Assembly: GCF_036321535.1 (NCBI RefSeq)
Contig: NC_087436.1
Span: 48,176,001 to 48,240,000 of the forward strand
Direction: 5' to 3'
DNA: 64,000 nt
From: Camelus dromedarius
Lineage: Eukaryota
Of this stretch, positions 1 through 11,849 are shown piece by piece. The notes under the pieces are model-generated. The model made no database searches and was not told the origin of the DNA. It was given only the letters and a program-made list of their open reading frames with translations. How positions within the stretch are numbered: the first letter of the stretch is position 1; every line of letters begins with the position of its first letter. Both the position numbers and the translations under genes were made by a program.

Positions 1-377
1 GATTCTTTTCATGTAAAGGGAGTGAATTATAATTAAAGAAGCATTCCTTTCCTCAGACATATTTCTTCATGCTTCTTAAGCAGCATTATGAGAACAGTAT
101 GGTGCTGTCCTGAGAAATCTCTGTGGACACACCATGTCCGGTCTTACATATTTAGCCCTACTTGCTTCCTTAGCCACAAATTTATCCAGAGATCTACATG
201 TTACTCTGTTATCTTTCCAGATGTACTTACAAGTTTATTTGGAATCACTTCAAGCCCTGATAAGGGCAGTTAAACTGAAGTGGGAAGGTTTGAAGAAGCC
301 TGGAAGAGGAAACCATGAAAGAAAACTGGAAGCTATTTTCAGGAAGAAGTTGCTTGAACAAAGTTGAACAGAGGCAT

Positions 378-473
378 TCACAATGTGAGTGTATTAAATG
401 CCACTGAATTATATGTTTTAATAGTTAAAATGGTATATTTTATGTTATGTGAATTTTACCATAATAAAAAAAA
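378..473 (+). mobile_element. Old L1 3' end fragment (L1MB/ME-like)
   Basis: caatgtgagtgtattaaatgccactgaatt...gttaaaatggtatattttatgttatgtgaattttaccataataaaaaaaa matches the typical ancient L1 3' terminus with A tail. Confidence 0.75.
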
Positions 474-559
474 TAGCCCAACTTAAAAAGTCCTTTACCA
501 CAGACTGACAGCATTCCATAATTATAAATAACCTTAACTGTTGTCTAGACAAATGTTTT

Positions 560-805
560 TTTAAGCTGTTTGCATGAAATCAAACAGCTCATGAAATCAA
601 TCTACATGAGACCAGCATTTTTTAATAAAATAATATGAGAGAACATCTGAGTGTGTCATATAGGTCATATATAGTAAGGGCAAGGATAGTTTAATGAAAT
701 CATGCTTCATTTCATCCATGTGTGTGTATGCACGTGTTTCTGTCTGGAGTTGTGATGTAAAATGTATTTTTCACCATGGTATAGTCTAAAAAGTCAGAGG
801 TATCT
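560..805. mobile_element. Probable hAT-Charlie-type DNA transposon fragment
   Basis: Motifs catgaaatcaat...gaccagcattttt...tagtaaggg...tgtgatgtaaaatgtattt recalled from a Charlie-family MER consensus; subfamily not determined. Confidence 0.45.
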
Positions 806-2989
806 AGTCTGTCCCAATTTTTAATCTTGTGCAAATATCCATTCCTCAAAATTTCTGACCTTTACATTAAAGGTGCAAAGGTAGAGATGTTAAATATAAT
901 AGTGGTAAATACACAAGAGAGAGCAGACCTAACTGATAAAAATCAGGTATGGACAAATACCAAGATCACAGATATGTCCAATTTTGAAACAACTCAAGCA
1001 TAAAACTGTAGAACTGATGTTGACTAGTAGATAGACTTTGTGATCTGTCATTTACAAAAATGACTCAGGATATGACCCTGAAAAGTACAGGACGATTCAT
1101 TCCCATGCCAGGAAGACAGAAATGAAGGCATAAGCCTTTTGAACATCTAAGAAAGAAGTATCTTATAGGGAAAAGGCAACTGGCATTCTTCAGAAACTAT
1201 TTCCAACTAACCTGTAAGTATGTTACAAATATTCAGAAACTTAAGGAGGTAAAAATGTAGTAGGACAATATAAAGCCACTAGAAGTGATTTTCTTATTTA
1301 TGTGCATTCCTAAAAAAAAAACTATAGGAAAAATATCTGTCTCTGTACAACTGGAAAACAAAATTATTTACCCTAGTTAAAATAGCTATAAGGAAAACAA
1401 GAATAGGATAAAATAAGCATTTTGCATAGAGAACTGTAGTGAATTTCTTCTCACAATCTTAGGTAAATTTTTTTTAATAATAAGAAAGGAGAAAGAAAAG
1501 TTATTAGTAATTTCCACATTCACACATGATACTTAGCTACTTCAGATGGTGAAATAACCATTTTGTAGTTCATGTGGGTAGATGAATGCACTGAACAGCC
1601 ACAGATGACACTGAGGATGGGCAAAGTAAGGTTTACATTTGGGGAAAAATGGCTAAATTCTACTTAAAATAATGATAGGCTCTAACTTCTTAGCTGTGTT
1701 CCCTGTGAAAAAATATAGTAAATAATTTCTTATTTCCCTGAAAGAATCTAAGCTCTTAGAGACAAAATAACTCTCAAATGGTTGGAAATCATCAGCTCAG
1801 TCACTGTAAACTTAACAAAAAGTATTCTACCTTCATGCAAAATCATGATGAATATAAAGCAAGACTGATGTATTACAGTTTTGGCCACAGGGATCTAAGA
1901 AGCATATAATGGAGCTTGGGAAAATCCAGAGTTTAAATTTTTTAAACTAAAATTTGGTAAAATTTTGAACAAATATTTTCAAAAAATGGATCAAGTATGG
2001 TAAGTATTATCTTCACCTCCAGTACCACCAAGTATTAAGTAAGGGTAAGCCTCTCAAGTGAAAGTCAAAGTTACCTTAATCTCAAATTCCTCGTGATTTG
2101 TCATAACCAACCACGACATGTCAGTCTTCAATGAGGTCTCTGTTCTGCAGGATTCACCTTTTCATGGATAAGACGTACCAATACACATAGCCCTTCTTCC
2201 TGATCTGAGACCCAGCAGACTTAATAGGCACTCCTGGGAGAGAAAACAGGGGACTTATTCTAGTCTAAGTCACTCACCAATGAGCACCAGATGCTTTTCT
2301 GGGAGATATGACAAAGGAGAAATTGCAATACATCATAAAATGATATTTACCCTACACATAGTGGGGTACCAATAAGAACTTTCTGATAATCTTGACTTAA
2401 AATTTTCTGCTTCCAGAAATCCTAAAAATAAAATCCCAAAACCAAAGATGCTTATGCAAGATTACCTCTTCTCATGTATCAAAAATAATCTCTAGGTAGC
2501 ACTCAAAAACATTTCACAACTTTTCCCAGACAAAGGAGGCTTTACCATGACTTAAGAAGCTTTGCAGTAAAGATGTTTAGACAAACTGAACCTGAAAGCA
2601 GTTGACAAGTCACCACTTCCCTTGCTTGGAAAAGAACTGGGGTGGGGGGTGTGGAAACTCACCTCCTGAAAACTAAACTGATAAAATACTTTTAAATAAC
2701 AAAATTGACTACCTAAAGAAATAACCAAAATGACATAAATGAGTAATTGAGGAATCTAGAACATTCAAAATTCCAATTCATGTCATTTAGAGATGCAATA
2801 TTGAAATGTGATCATATCGGGAAAAGGTGAAATCTAAACTATTATCCCCACCCTAAAGAACAAATCTAATTTATAATCAATTTTTATGAAAAAAACTATT
2901 TTATAATAGAATAACCAATATAGAACCTATTTAAAAGGAAAAAATACCAAAATATGTCAAATGTTTTTTCAGTAAAATCTAATAAGCAG

Positions 2990-5240
2990 GATATTTGTAT
3001 CTGGCTATAGATAAATAGTCCCTAGACTTACCCTCCAGCTATAAACAAACTATAAACCTAAACAAAACACATGAAAGGAAGAAAACCCTGCTCTCATTAG
3101 AGGACAGGACAGGACTGATACCGAAATGATCAAGTTAATTTCTAAGTCACTTAATTGTTTGACTGAGCAAAGCCCAACATTCTTCAAAGAAAGGTAAGAA
3201 GATCTGGACAGTTAATAATGTAACATTAATAATATCCAGTGTCTACATATGCCAGGAAGCCGGCAAGTATGACCCATAAGCCAGGAGAAATTTTAGTCAA
3301 TAAAAACAAACTCAAAAATTATAAAATTAACAGATAAGAACTTTAAAAACAAAGCTATATAAATATGCTCTGCATGTTCAAGGATTAAAGAAAAACATAA
3401 AACAGTGATGAAAGAAACAAAAGATATAAAAACAAAATGGGAATTTTAGAGATGAGAAATACAATCTGAAATGATAGCTTCACTGTATGAGTTTAAAAGC
3501 AGATTAGACACTGCAGAGAAAAGTTCAGTGAACTTGAAGTTATAGCAACAGAGAAAACAGAAAGCCCAAAAAAGAAAAAGAAGATAAAAAATTCAACAGA
3601 GACACAGTGACCTGTTGAACAACAACAAAAAATATGGTCAAAATGTTTCAAATTTAATAAGAACTATAAACCAGAGATGCAAAACAATCATCAAACCTAA
3701 AAATGGATAAACATAAAGAAAATCCAGACAAGATACACCAAAATCATATTACTAGAGACCAGTAATAAAGAAAAAAAATTAAAGTAGTTACGACAAAAAG
3801 ATATACATTACATGCAAACAAAGATAATAAACAAATAATTTTTGTCAGCCATTCTTCAAGCTAGAAGACAGTGAAAATGCATCTTTAAATGCATGCCAAT
3901 TAGAAAGGAAAAAGTAAAACAGTGTTTATTCTCAGACAACATATTTGAGTATGTAGAAAATCCTAAGGAATCTACTACTAGAACTAATAAGTGATTTAGA
4001 AAGAGCAAGATACATGGTCAATATATAAAAATCAGTTGTATTTCTGCTAATTATCAATTAGAAAATAAAATTTTCTGAATTCCATTTTTCATAAAATAAT
4101 TAAATACACTAAATTTAAGAAAATAGGCGCAAGATCTGTAAACCTAAAGCTAGTACTGATAACAAAAATTAAAGTTCTAAAAATTATATTCATGAATTAA
4201 AGGAGTGATTATTTTTAAGATGGAAAATCTTTTCTAATTAATCTATAGATTCAATGCAATCCCAATCAAAATCTTATCAGATTTTTTCAGAGAAACTGAT
4301 ATGCTGATTCTAAAATAGATAAGGAAATCCAAAGGACTATTCTGAAAAAAAAGTTGCAGGACTTCTACTACCAACATTTGAACTTACTATGAGAGCACAA
4401 TAATAAGACAATCAATACTGATAGACGTAGCAATGATACAGACTAGGGAGTCCAAAAATGGACACATTCTTGTAAAGTCAACTGATATTATACAAATGTG
4501 ACAAGGTAACTCAATGGGGCAAAGGATAGATTTTACAACAAATAGTTCTAGAACAATTGGATATCAATGTGCAAAAACTAAACCTCAGAATTTAACTCAC
4601 ACATCATAGACAAAAGTACCTTGAGACATATTACTGAGCTAAAAATGAAACTTAAAGCTACAAAGCTTTTAGAAGAAAGCAAAGGAGAAAATCTTCATGG
4701 TAGGCAAAATTTCCAGAAATAGGTCAACGTAAAGTACCAATAAGAAAGTAAAAAATGATAAATTGGAATAACTATAATTGTAACATTCTGCTCTTCCAAA
4801 GAAACAATTAAAACAATTAAAATAAAGTCACGGAGTAGGAGAAAATATTTACAGTTCATATACCTGACATAGGACTTCTATCCAGAATATATAAATAAAT
4901 TGCAAAGCTCAAAAAGAGATTAACAAATTGAAAATGGGCAAAAAATTGAACAGAAATGTTACAAATGATGATATACAAATGACAAAAAGGCATATGAAAA
5001 GATGTCATCATCACTGCTTATTAGAGAAATGCCAAATAAAAACTTCAACAAGACTAAAATTTAGAAGACTGATAACAGCGAATATTGATGTGGAGCAACT
5101 GGAACTTTCATAAATTGCTGGCAGGATTGTAAAATGACACAAATTCTTTGGAAAATAGTTTTTCAGTGTCTTAAAAAGTAAAGCATGCACTTACCATACA
5201 GTCCTGCAACTGTATACCGAAATATTTCCCCAAGAGCAAA
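2990..5240 (+). mobile_element. Ancient, internally deleted L1 (ORF1/ORF2 remnants, L1MC/ME-like)
   Basis: ORF1-like agcagattagacactgcagagaaaag; ORF2-like tatgtagaaaatcctaaggaatctac, atctatagattcaatgcaatcccaatcaaaatc, gatgtggagcaactggaact; A-rich plus strand, many stops. Confidence 0.85.
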
Positions 5241-7114
5241 GAAAGGAAATTATGAAATTTTACATCTAATCATTCTTAAAAAATAAAAAACAACCCAGCC
5301 TTTTCATGTATAGCACATCTTCTCTGTGTATACCTAATGGTTTTATTTTCTATCTAAGGTCTTGCTTCACAGTCACGTGTTTTATTCACTTTTAGCAGAT
5401 AAAACAAAGATATCATAGAGAGGTTTTTTCCAAACTGATTAATTCCTTATCTTCAATCTATATCTACAGTTTAAAAGCAGAATTAGCTAGGTGTGAAGGT
5501 TCAAAAAGAAGTTTTTTATTACCTAATTTCACAGTATGTTTATTATATCAATAATTCTATTATTTTACATATACCGAGAGTATAAATTGTGGCAGACACT
5601 GTGCACACAGATAGGGGTATAAAGATAAGGTAGCATTCATAATATCAAAGAGCCCATAGAAGACTTAAAGGGAACAGATTCTGCCCATGCTCTTTGAAAT
5701 GCTATCTCCAAATATTTTAATACTGGCAATAAACTACCTGAAAAGGTTATAACTCTTTCTCCTGTGATTTAATTCAAATTCAATAGACATGTACCCATTT
5801 CAAAAGAAGTAAAATTATCTAAAGAAATGGTTCAAATTACTTCATAATAAATGAGAGGCAGAAATATTTTAAATTATCTTCTGAAGTAATTCATTTATGA
5901 GTATGGGTATCTCGTTTTATAGGTTTTGTTAAACATTTCATTTACATGACCATTCCATAAATGTTGAGGTTACACTATGTGTTTTTCTAGCCACCATGAG
6001 TAGGAATATATTAAATGAATTAGATCTTTGCTTGGTTTTTTTTTTTTGGCATATCGCCTCACAGTTTTGCATTAACAATCTGTGAGTAATCATTTAACTA
6101 AAAATAAAATAATCATAATAATAATAAAGCAAAAGCAAAACTGTCCATTTTAGCAGTCCAGGAAAACATCTGTACTAAAGACAGAAAAATCAGTCCCCAT
6201 TCACATGCAGATGGCTAACATCAAACTCAGACACTAATCAACTGATGCAGAATGTCTCAGAACTCTATGACTGACTCATGGCTGTCAAAAATTACTGCTA
6301 TAGTAAAAACTACCAGAAATTGTGGTTGTATGGATGGGGATGAGATGGGGATGAATTTCCAAGGTAATCTGGCAAATATATGAAAGGACTGAAAAACTAG
6401 AACTGAAGAATCTTTATAAAAATGAAGCTAAAACACACTAATTATTTTTCTTGTTTGCAAGGCACTTTAACTAACTGGTCTTTCTTTTTGAATAAGAAAC
6501 ACTGACAATTGAAGGAGCATAAGATGCTCATACTTTTTGGATAGAATTATGCCAAAAAGAAAGAAATCTTTAAACAGTTTAAAATGCAAAGTGGTCAGGA
6601 GGTACTTTGGAAGGTCAGTGGATCCAGAGGGTCTTTTCCTCTTTTTCCAAACATCACATAATATAGAACCAGTCTTAGAATTTTCACAGAATGATGTCCT
6701 TCAGACACACCTGAAGGTATTTCAGAGGTGCTGTTGATATGATTCTTTTACAAACAAATGAGCAACCAAAGCAATTTATTTCAGCTTCAAGACAGTGTAA
6801 TTATATAATAAAAATATAATCTAACACCTGCACATTTCAAAACATTACATATGGGGTTTGTTTCCTCCTTGGGGAAAAAAAAATGTCTCTGAAGCACTCT
6901 TTCTTTCATGGTTACATCCCTCCACCTCCCTGCTTCTTATCCCAAGCACACCATCCTTCTGTCTCTTGTGGGAATGTCTTTTACCACAGTGCCTTAGTTC
7001 AAAATATAATAGTTACCTGGTTCAGAACAAGTTAAAAGAAAGAAAAATCTTATTTTACAAATATTCTTCCAGGATCATTTCTTTTCAAATATAGGTTCTT
7101 TTGGAAGCCTTAAA

Positions 7115-7345
7115 TTATAATAGCTAACACTTAATCAAAATTTTCTATGGACTAGGCATTTTTCTAATATTTCAACATAGAATAAATTTTAAAAGTTTCA
7201 CAATAACCCTAGGAAGTAAGAATCATTAAAACTGCATCTACAAATGAGGAAACTGAGGCACAGAGAAGCTAGGTGACTTATTCAAGGGAAGTTGTAGGTC
7301 AGGATTTGAACACTGACATTTTAACTCGAGTCAGTGTGCTTGATC
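7115..7345 (-). mobile_element. MIR SINE
   Basis: Core caaatgaggaaactgaggcacagaga...ggtgactt...ggatttgaac. Confidence 0.75.
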
Positions 7346-7423
7346 AATATACTTTTACTAAGAAGGAAACCAGAGAAATATGAGTTGTTACAGAAAAATG
7401 GATCATCTCATATGCATAATATG

Positions 7424-7861
7424 TGTATTAGTCAGGATTCTCTACAGAAACAGAATCAACAGGATATGTGTGCATAAGAGAAGATATATTACAGGACCTG
7501 GCTCACACCAATATGGAGGCTCAGAGGGCTCATGATCTGCCGAGCTAATAATGTAAATGCTGGTCTGAGTCTAAAGGCCTGCGAACCAGGAGCTCCAATA
7601 TTCCAGGGTAGGAGAAGATGGATGCCCCAGCTCAAGAGAGAATTCGCCCTTCCTCTTCTTTTTCGTTCTACTGTGGCCATTAAATGGTTTGAATGATGCC
7701 CACCCACACTGGTGAGTGTGAGTCTTCTTTACTCAGTCTATTGATTCAGATGCTAATCTCTTCCCAAAACACCCTCAGAGACACACCCAGAAATAATGTT
7801 TTACCAGCTATCTAAGTATCCCTTATGCCAGTCAAGCTGACACAAAAAATTATTCATCACA
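7424..7861 (-). mobile_element. MLT2-family (ERVL) solo LTR
   Basis: TG...CA ends; tgtattagtcaggattctctacagaaacagaa...acacacccagaaataatgttttaccagctatc...gtcaagctgacac; near-TSD ATATG (7419-7423)/ATATC (7862-7866). Confidence 0.9.
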
Positions 7862-9499
7862 ATATCCTAAGCAAAACATTTTTGTTCGTTTTGGCAAGAA
7901 TAGAAATTCACCCAAACCATCTCATGTGAAAAAAGTTCATTCAAGGCTCAGAGACATAAGAACAGAAGTTTAGGATGAACTGAAGTTGAAAAACCGTTAG
8001 GAAGGAAAGCTCCTTCTTGACTTTCAGGACACTAGGTCAGGCTGTTGGTGGCTCCCCATTGTTTATGGAGTACATGTTTGTAAATTTGTAAGGAAAGCCT
8101 TTTTCAATCTGACACAGCCAACTTTCCAATCTGATCATCTGGTACACCTGCCCCATCCCCATCACTACACTATTCACTGTTCCTTAGCACACCCTGCTAT
8201 CTCTCTCCACGATTTTCCTCACACTCTTTCCTCTGCTCAATTTCAGTTTCCTCTTAAATCTGTTGGCTGAATAATTATCCATACTTGGCAGTCCACAAAC
8301 AAACAAACAAACAAAAACAAAACAACCCCAACAAAAACTCCTCCAAAAAGTTTACCCCAATCTCCCTAGTTAGGGTTAATCTTCCCTCCCCTACCCTCTT
8401 ATGGCACAGTCTGTCTTTATGATGATCATCAGTCTCCCAGAGAAAAATACCAAAAATATAATACAAGGAAAGGTTTTTTGTAAAGAAGACTTTAAAACTC
8501 AAGGAAAGGACTCCACTCTCAAATTCCCAACACAAACTGAAAGACCTCGTTAACCTTCCTTGTTAGAAAAACCAGATAATAAGTACCCTCCTCATATAGC
8601 TATATAGTTTTTAATTGTTTATTATTATTTTAGCTGAAATGACATACACAATTATCTAACTAGGAGTACTAGTACACCCAAATGGAGGAGGACTCTTAAC
8701 TCTCACACAAGTTGGTGGACATTCATAATGCTGAATTATGCTCCCAGTTTTCTGTGGGTTATCCCACATTTAGAAAGTTAAAGCAGGAGGAAGAGAAAGA
8801 GCAGTAATACGTGCAACTCACATCCCAACTTATCACCTCCATTGGGGCCCTGCCTTATGTCAGCTACCTTAAATGCAGTCAAGTTGGAGCAAACTCCTAT
8901 GGCTGGCTCCCTTTAGGAAATCCCAAAGTGTCGTGAGGGAGTTGCAAGAGAAAACAGGATGTGGGAGCACGTTTTAGTACTTAAGCATGTAAGTGGAAAT
9001 GGCAGCAATTCCCAAAGCAATGGTGATCTTCCATGAATCTTCAAAAGACACTAAATAATTTGTAAGACTCTGTGATAAAGATAATCAAGCTGGAATCAAC
9101 AAATAATTCATGTCATTATTTTTATCTATATTTTCATTCTACAGATATTTATAGATTATCTACCTACCATGCACTAGGTTCTACACTAAGCATTGGTCTT
9201 TTAGGGGACACAGACTTTACTCCAAGGGACACACAACTTAACTCTAATGGAATATGACCAGTACAAAGTTAATTTTTTGCATTTATTTATGGAGTTTCTG
9301 CTATACAGAAGTTGAATTTATCATTCTTTTATGGTGTGATATTTTGTTCATTTAGAAAGGATTATAAAATCATTCACCCATTATCAATGATTCTTGAACT
9401 ACTTGATTTGGGAAACCATCTAAAAACCTCAATGACACATTAATAAGTAATATAATAGTTTTGCCATCTACTATTTACCTAATACATTCTCTCTCATAC

Positions 9500-9596
9500 C
9501 TGTAACTACAAAGATGTGATGATATTCCCATTTTACATAGATAATGAAACTGAGGCTCAGAGAAATTAAACTACTTTTGCAAAGCCACAGAGCTCT
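9500..9596 (-). mobile_element. MIR fragment
   Basis: cccattttacatagat...gaaactgaggctcagagaaattaa. Confidence 0.65.
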
Positions 9597-9600
9597 AAAA

Positions 9601-9735
9601 TAGTGGTTCTCAAACTTGAGGGTGCATCACAAACACCTTGTCGGGTCCCATCCCCATAGTTTCTGATTCAGTAGGACTTAGGTGAGGTCTGAGGATTTGC
9701 ATTTTTAGTAGTTTCCCAAGTGAAAATGCTAATGG
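9601..9735. mobile_element. MER5A-like hAT-Charlie MITE
   Basis: agtggttctcaaactt...gtttctgattcagtagg...atttgcattttt...ttcccaagtga. Confidence 0.8.
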
Positions 9736-10904
9736 TATCAAAATGTTATGAGGACATGAAAAAGAAAGGATTCCTTCTCAAAGTTAGGAAAGGGGAAATA
9801 TTATTTACAGAAAAGATGATATTGGAGCTGGACCCCTAAAAGATGATTAGGAGTTCACCTAGCAGAGGAATATGCCTGAGAGAGCCCACAGGAACAGACC
9901 CAGAGGTGTAAGAACTCAATATACATTGTATAGGAATTGACTAGGAGGGGACATGAGGGGATTGCCTCAGGTGATGGTATTACTCTATACGTTTCTTCCC
10001 TTGCAAAGGGAGGGTAGAAGAAAATGATAAAGATAAAAATAAAATTAGAGGAATAGGAGGATACTGAGGTAATTCATACCTGATAAAATCCAAGCCACTA
10101 ATGTGACCAGCCAAGTTCAAGAAAAATGTTTTTAGGACTACGATTATAAGTATCTTCACATTTCAGGGTTTCTCTAAACATCATTACCTGGTACTCCATA
10201 CAAGGAATTTCTATTTTTATGTCTGTTTCTACTGTCTTTACCACATCTACTGTAACTACTATATGACTTTCCTTAATACTCTTCTTCATATTCACTTAAT
10301 TTTCACTCATTTTGCAGAATCAGTTTCAGGAACACCACTTGCTTGGTGGTTGAATTATATATACACTATTAGGCTTAAACTGAGAACATTAATGTTCACA
10401 CTTGTTTATTACAAGCACTTTAAAAAAACACTTGGTTGTTAAAAATTGATGTTTATTAGTAGAGACAGTTAAATTTCAAGAGCTGTCACAATCTAATGCT
10501 GTGGTCTTTGTGGTTGTTTTGGAGTGCAGTATAAGCACATCACACAATGGAAATCCCAGATGTTTGTCTTTCCTGTGCAATTCTTTGGGAAGCCGGATAT
10601 CTGGTTATTAGTATATATCTATGCTCCGGTTCCACTCTCTCAAATAAAGTTTTTGTTTGACAGATGTGCAATCTTTGCCAGACCATAACCACATCTGGCA
10701 AACAAAGAAGCACACTGTCAATATTCCAGTGAGCCATGATGTTTGCCCCCAAATATACCCTCATATCATTACAGTCCTACTTGAGACAAAAGTTGAGACA
10801 CTTCTTGCTCCAGAAGATATTCTCAGGGTACTACTTCTCCAATATAAGAGAATCACTGGAGTTTCTAGTAGTCATGTCCATTGCTTACTTGAGTAAGTAA
10901 GTAT

Positions 10905-11045
10905 CAGTGTGATTGTGAGCAAGACACTTAACCTCTGTACCTCAATTTCCCTATCTGTAGGATGAGGAAAGAAATAGTACTCACATCATATGGTTGTTAG
11001 GAATATTGATCAATTATTATGACTATTAGATTATGTAAAGCATAG
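10905..11045 (+). mobile_element. MIR fragment
   Basis: gcaagacacttaacctctgtacctcaatttccctatctgta...ggttgtt. Confidence 0.65.
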
Positions 11046-11604
11046 ACCAGTGACTGGGTCTCAGTGTGACATCTCCATTTTTTGCCTCCATTTGTTGAAA
11101 CCTACTGTTATGAGAAAAAAATTGCAGTAGATGTATTTAGTCCATTGTTTTCCAAAATTAGAAAAAAAATACTGAGCACTTTAGAACATTTTGGGTCTAT
11201 TTTTGCAAGGTTAAGAAACAACTTGAACTTGTACAGGATGTACATTTGTTTCCATTTTGGTTTGCTGGCCTTCTGGGCATGCTGGATATGAGGGTGGTCA
11301 AAAAAAAAATCATCCCTGGAGTTTATAATTTACTAGGAAAAATGAGGAAGTTTTACACAGAGTTGGGAACACAATTTTGGAAGTGAAAACTTTATTTTGT
11401 GAATTCAGGCCAGTAATGTTAAAGCAATTGTATTCTGGATGTGTCTAGGAGTTCTATTTTTTTTTTTTAATATTGCCAAGATTTCTTCCTTCAAGACTTA
11501 CAGAACCGTAAGTGAACTATATAAATATGATTACAGAATGATTTCATGTGACCAAAAGCAAGATAATTTTAATAAAATGTGCTTATTGGCATAATAGTAT
11601 CATA

Positions 11605-11845
11605 CAGAAATGATACTGTATGATACAATTATGGTGGATATATGACACAATGCATTTGTCAAAATGAACAGACCCTTATAGCACAAAAAGTAAATCTTAA
11701 TGTATGCAAATAAAAAAAGTTTAGGAAGTTATGGGATCCCCAAAAGAAACGACAATTGTGAAAGGAGGATTTAGTTTATTACAAATATATGGAGAAAAAA
11801 GAACTGAATGAAATGGTTGGGGGATTCACACACACCTAAGTAACC
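11605..11845 (+). mobile_element. L1MC-like 3' UTR fragment
   Basis: tactgtatgatacaattatggtggatatatgacacaatgcatttgtcaaaa...cttaatgtatgcaaa. Confidence 0.65.
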
Positions 11846-11849
11846 TGTT

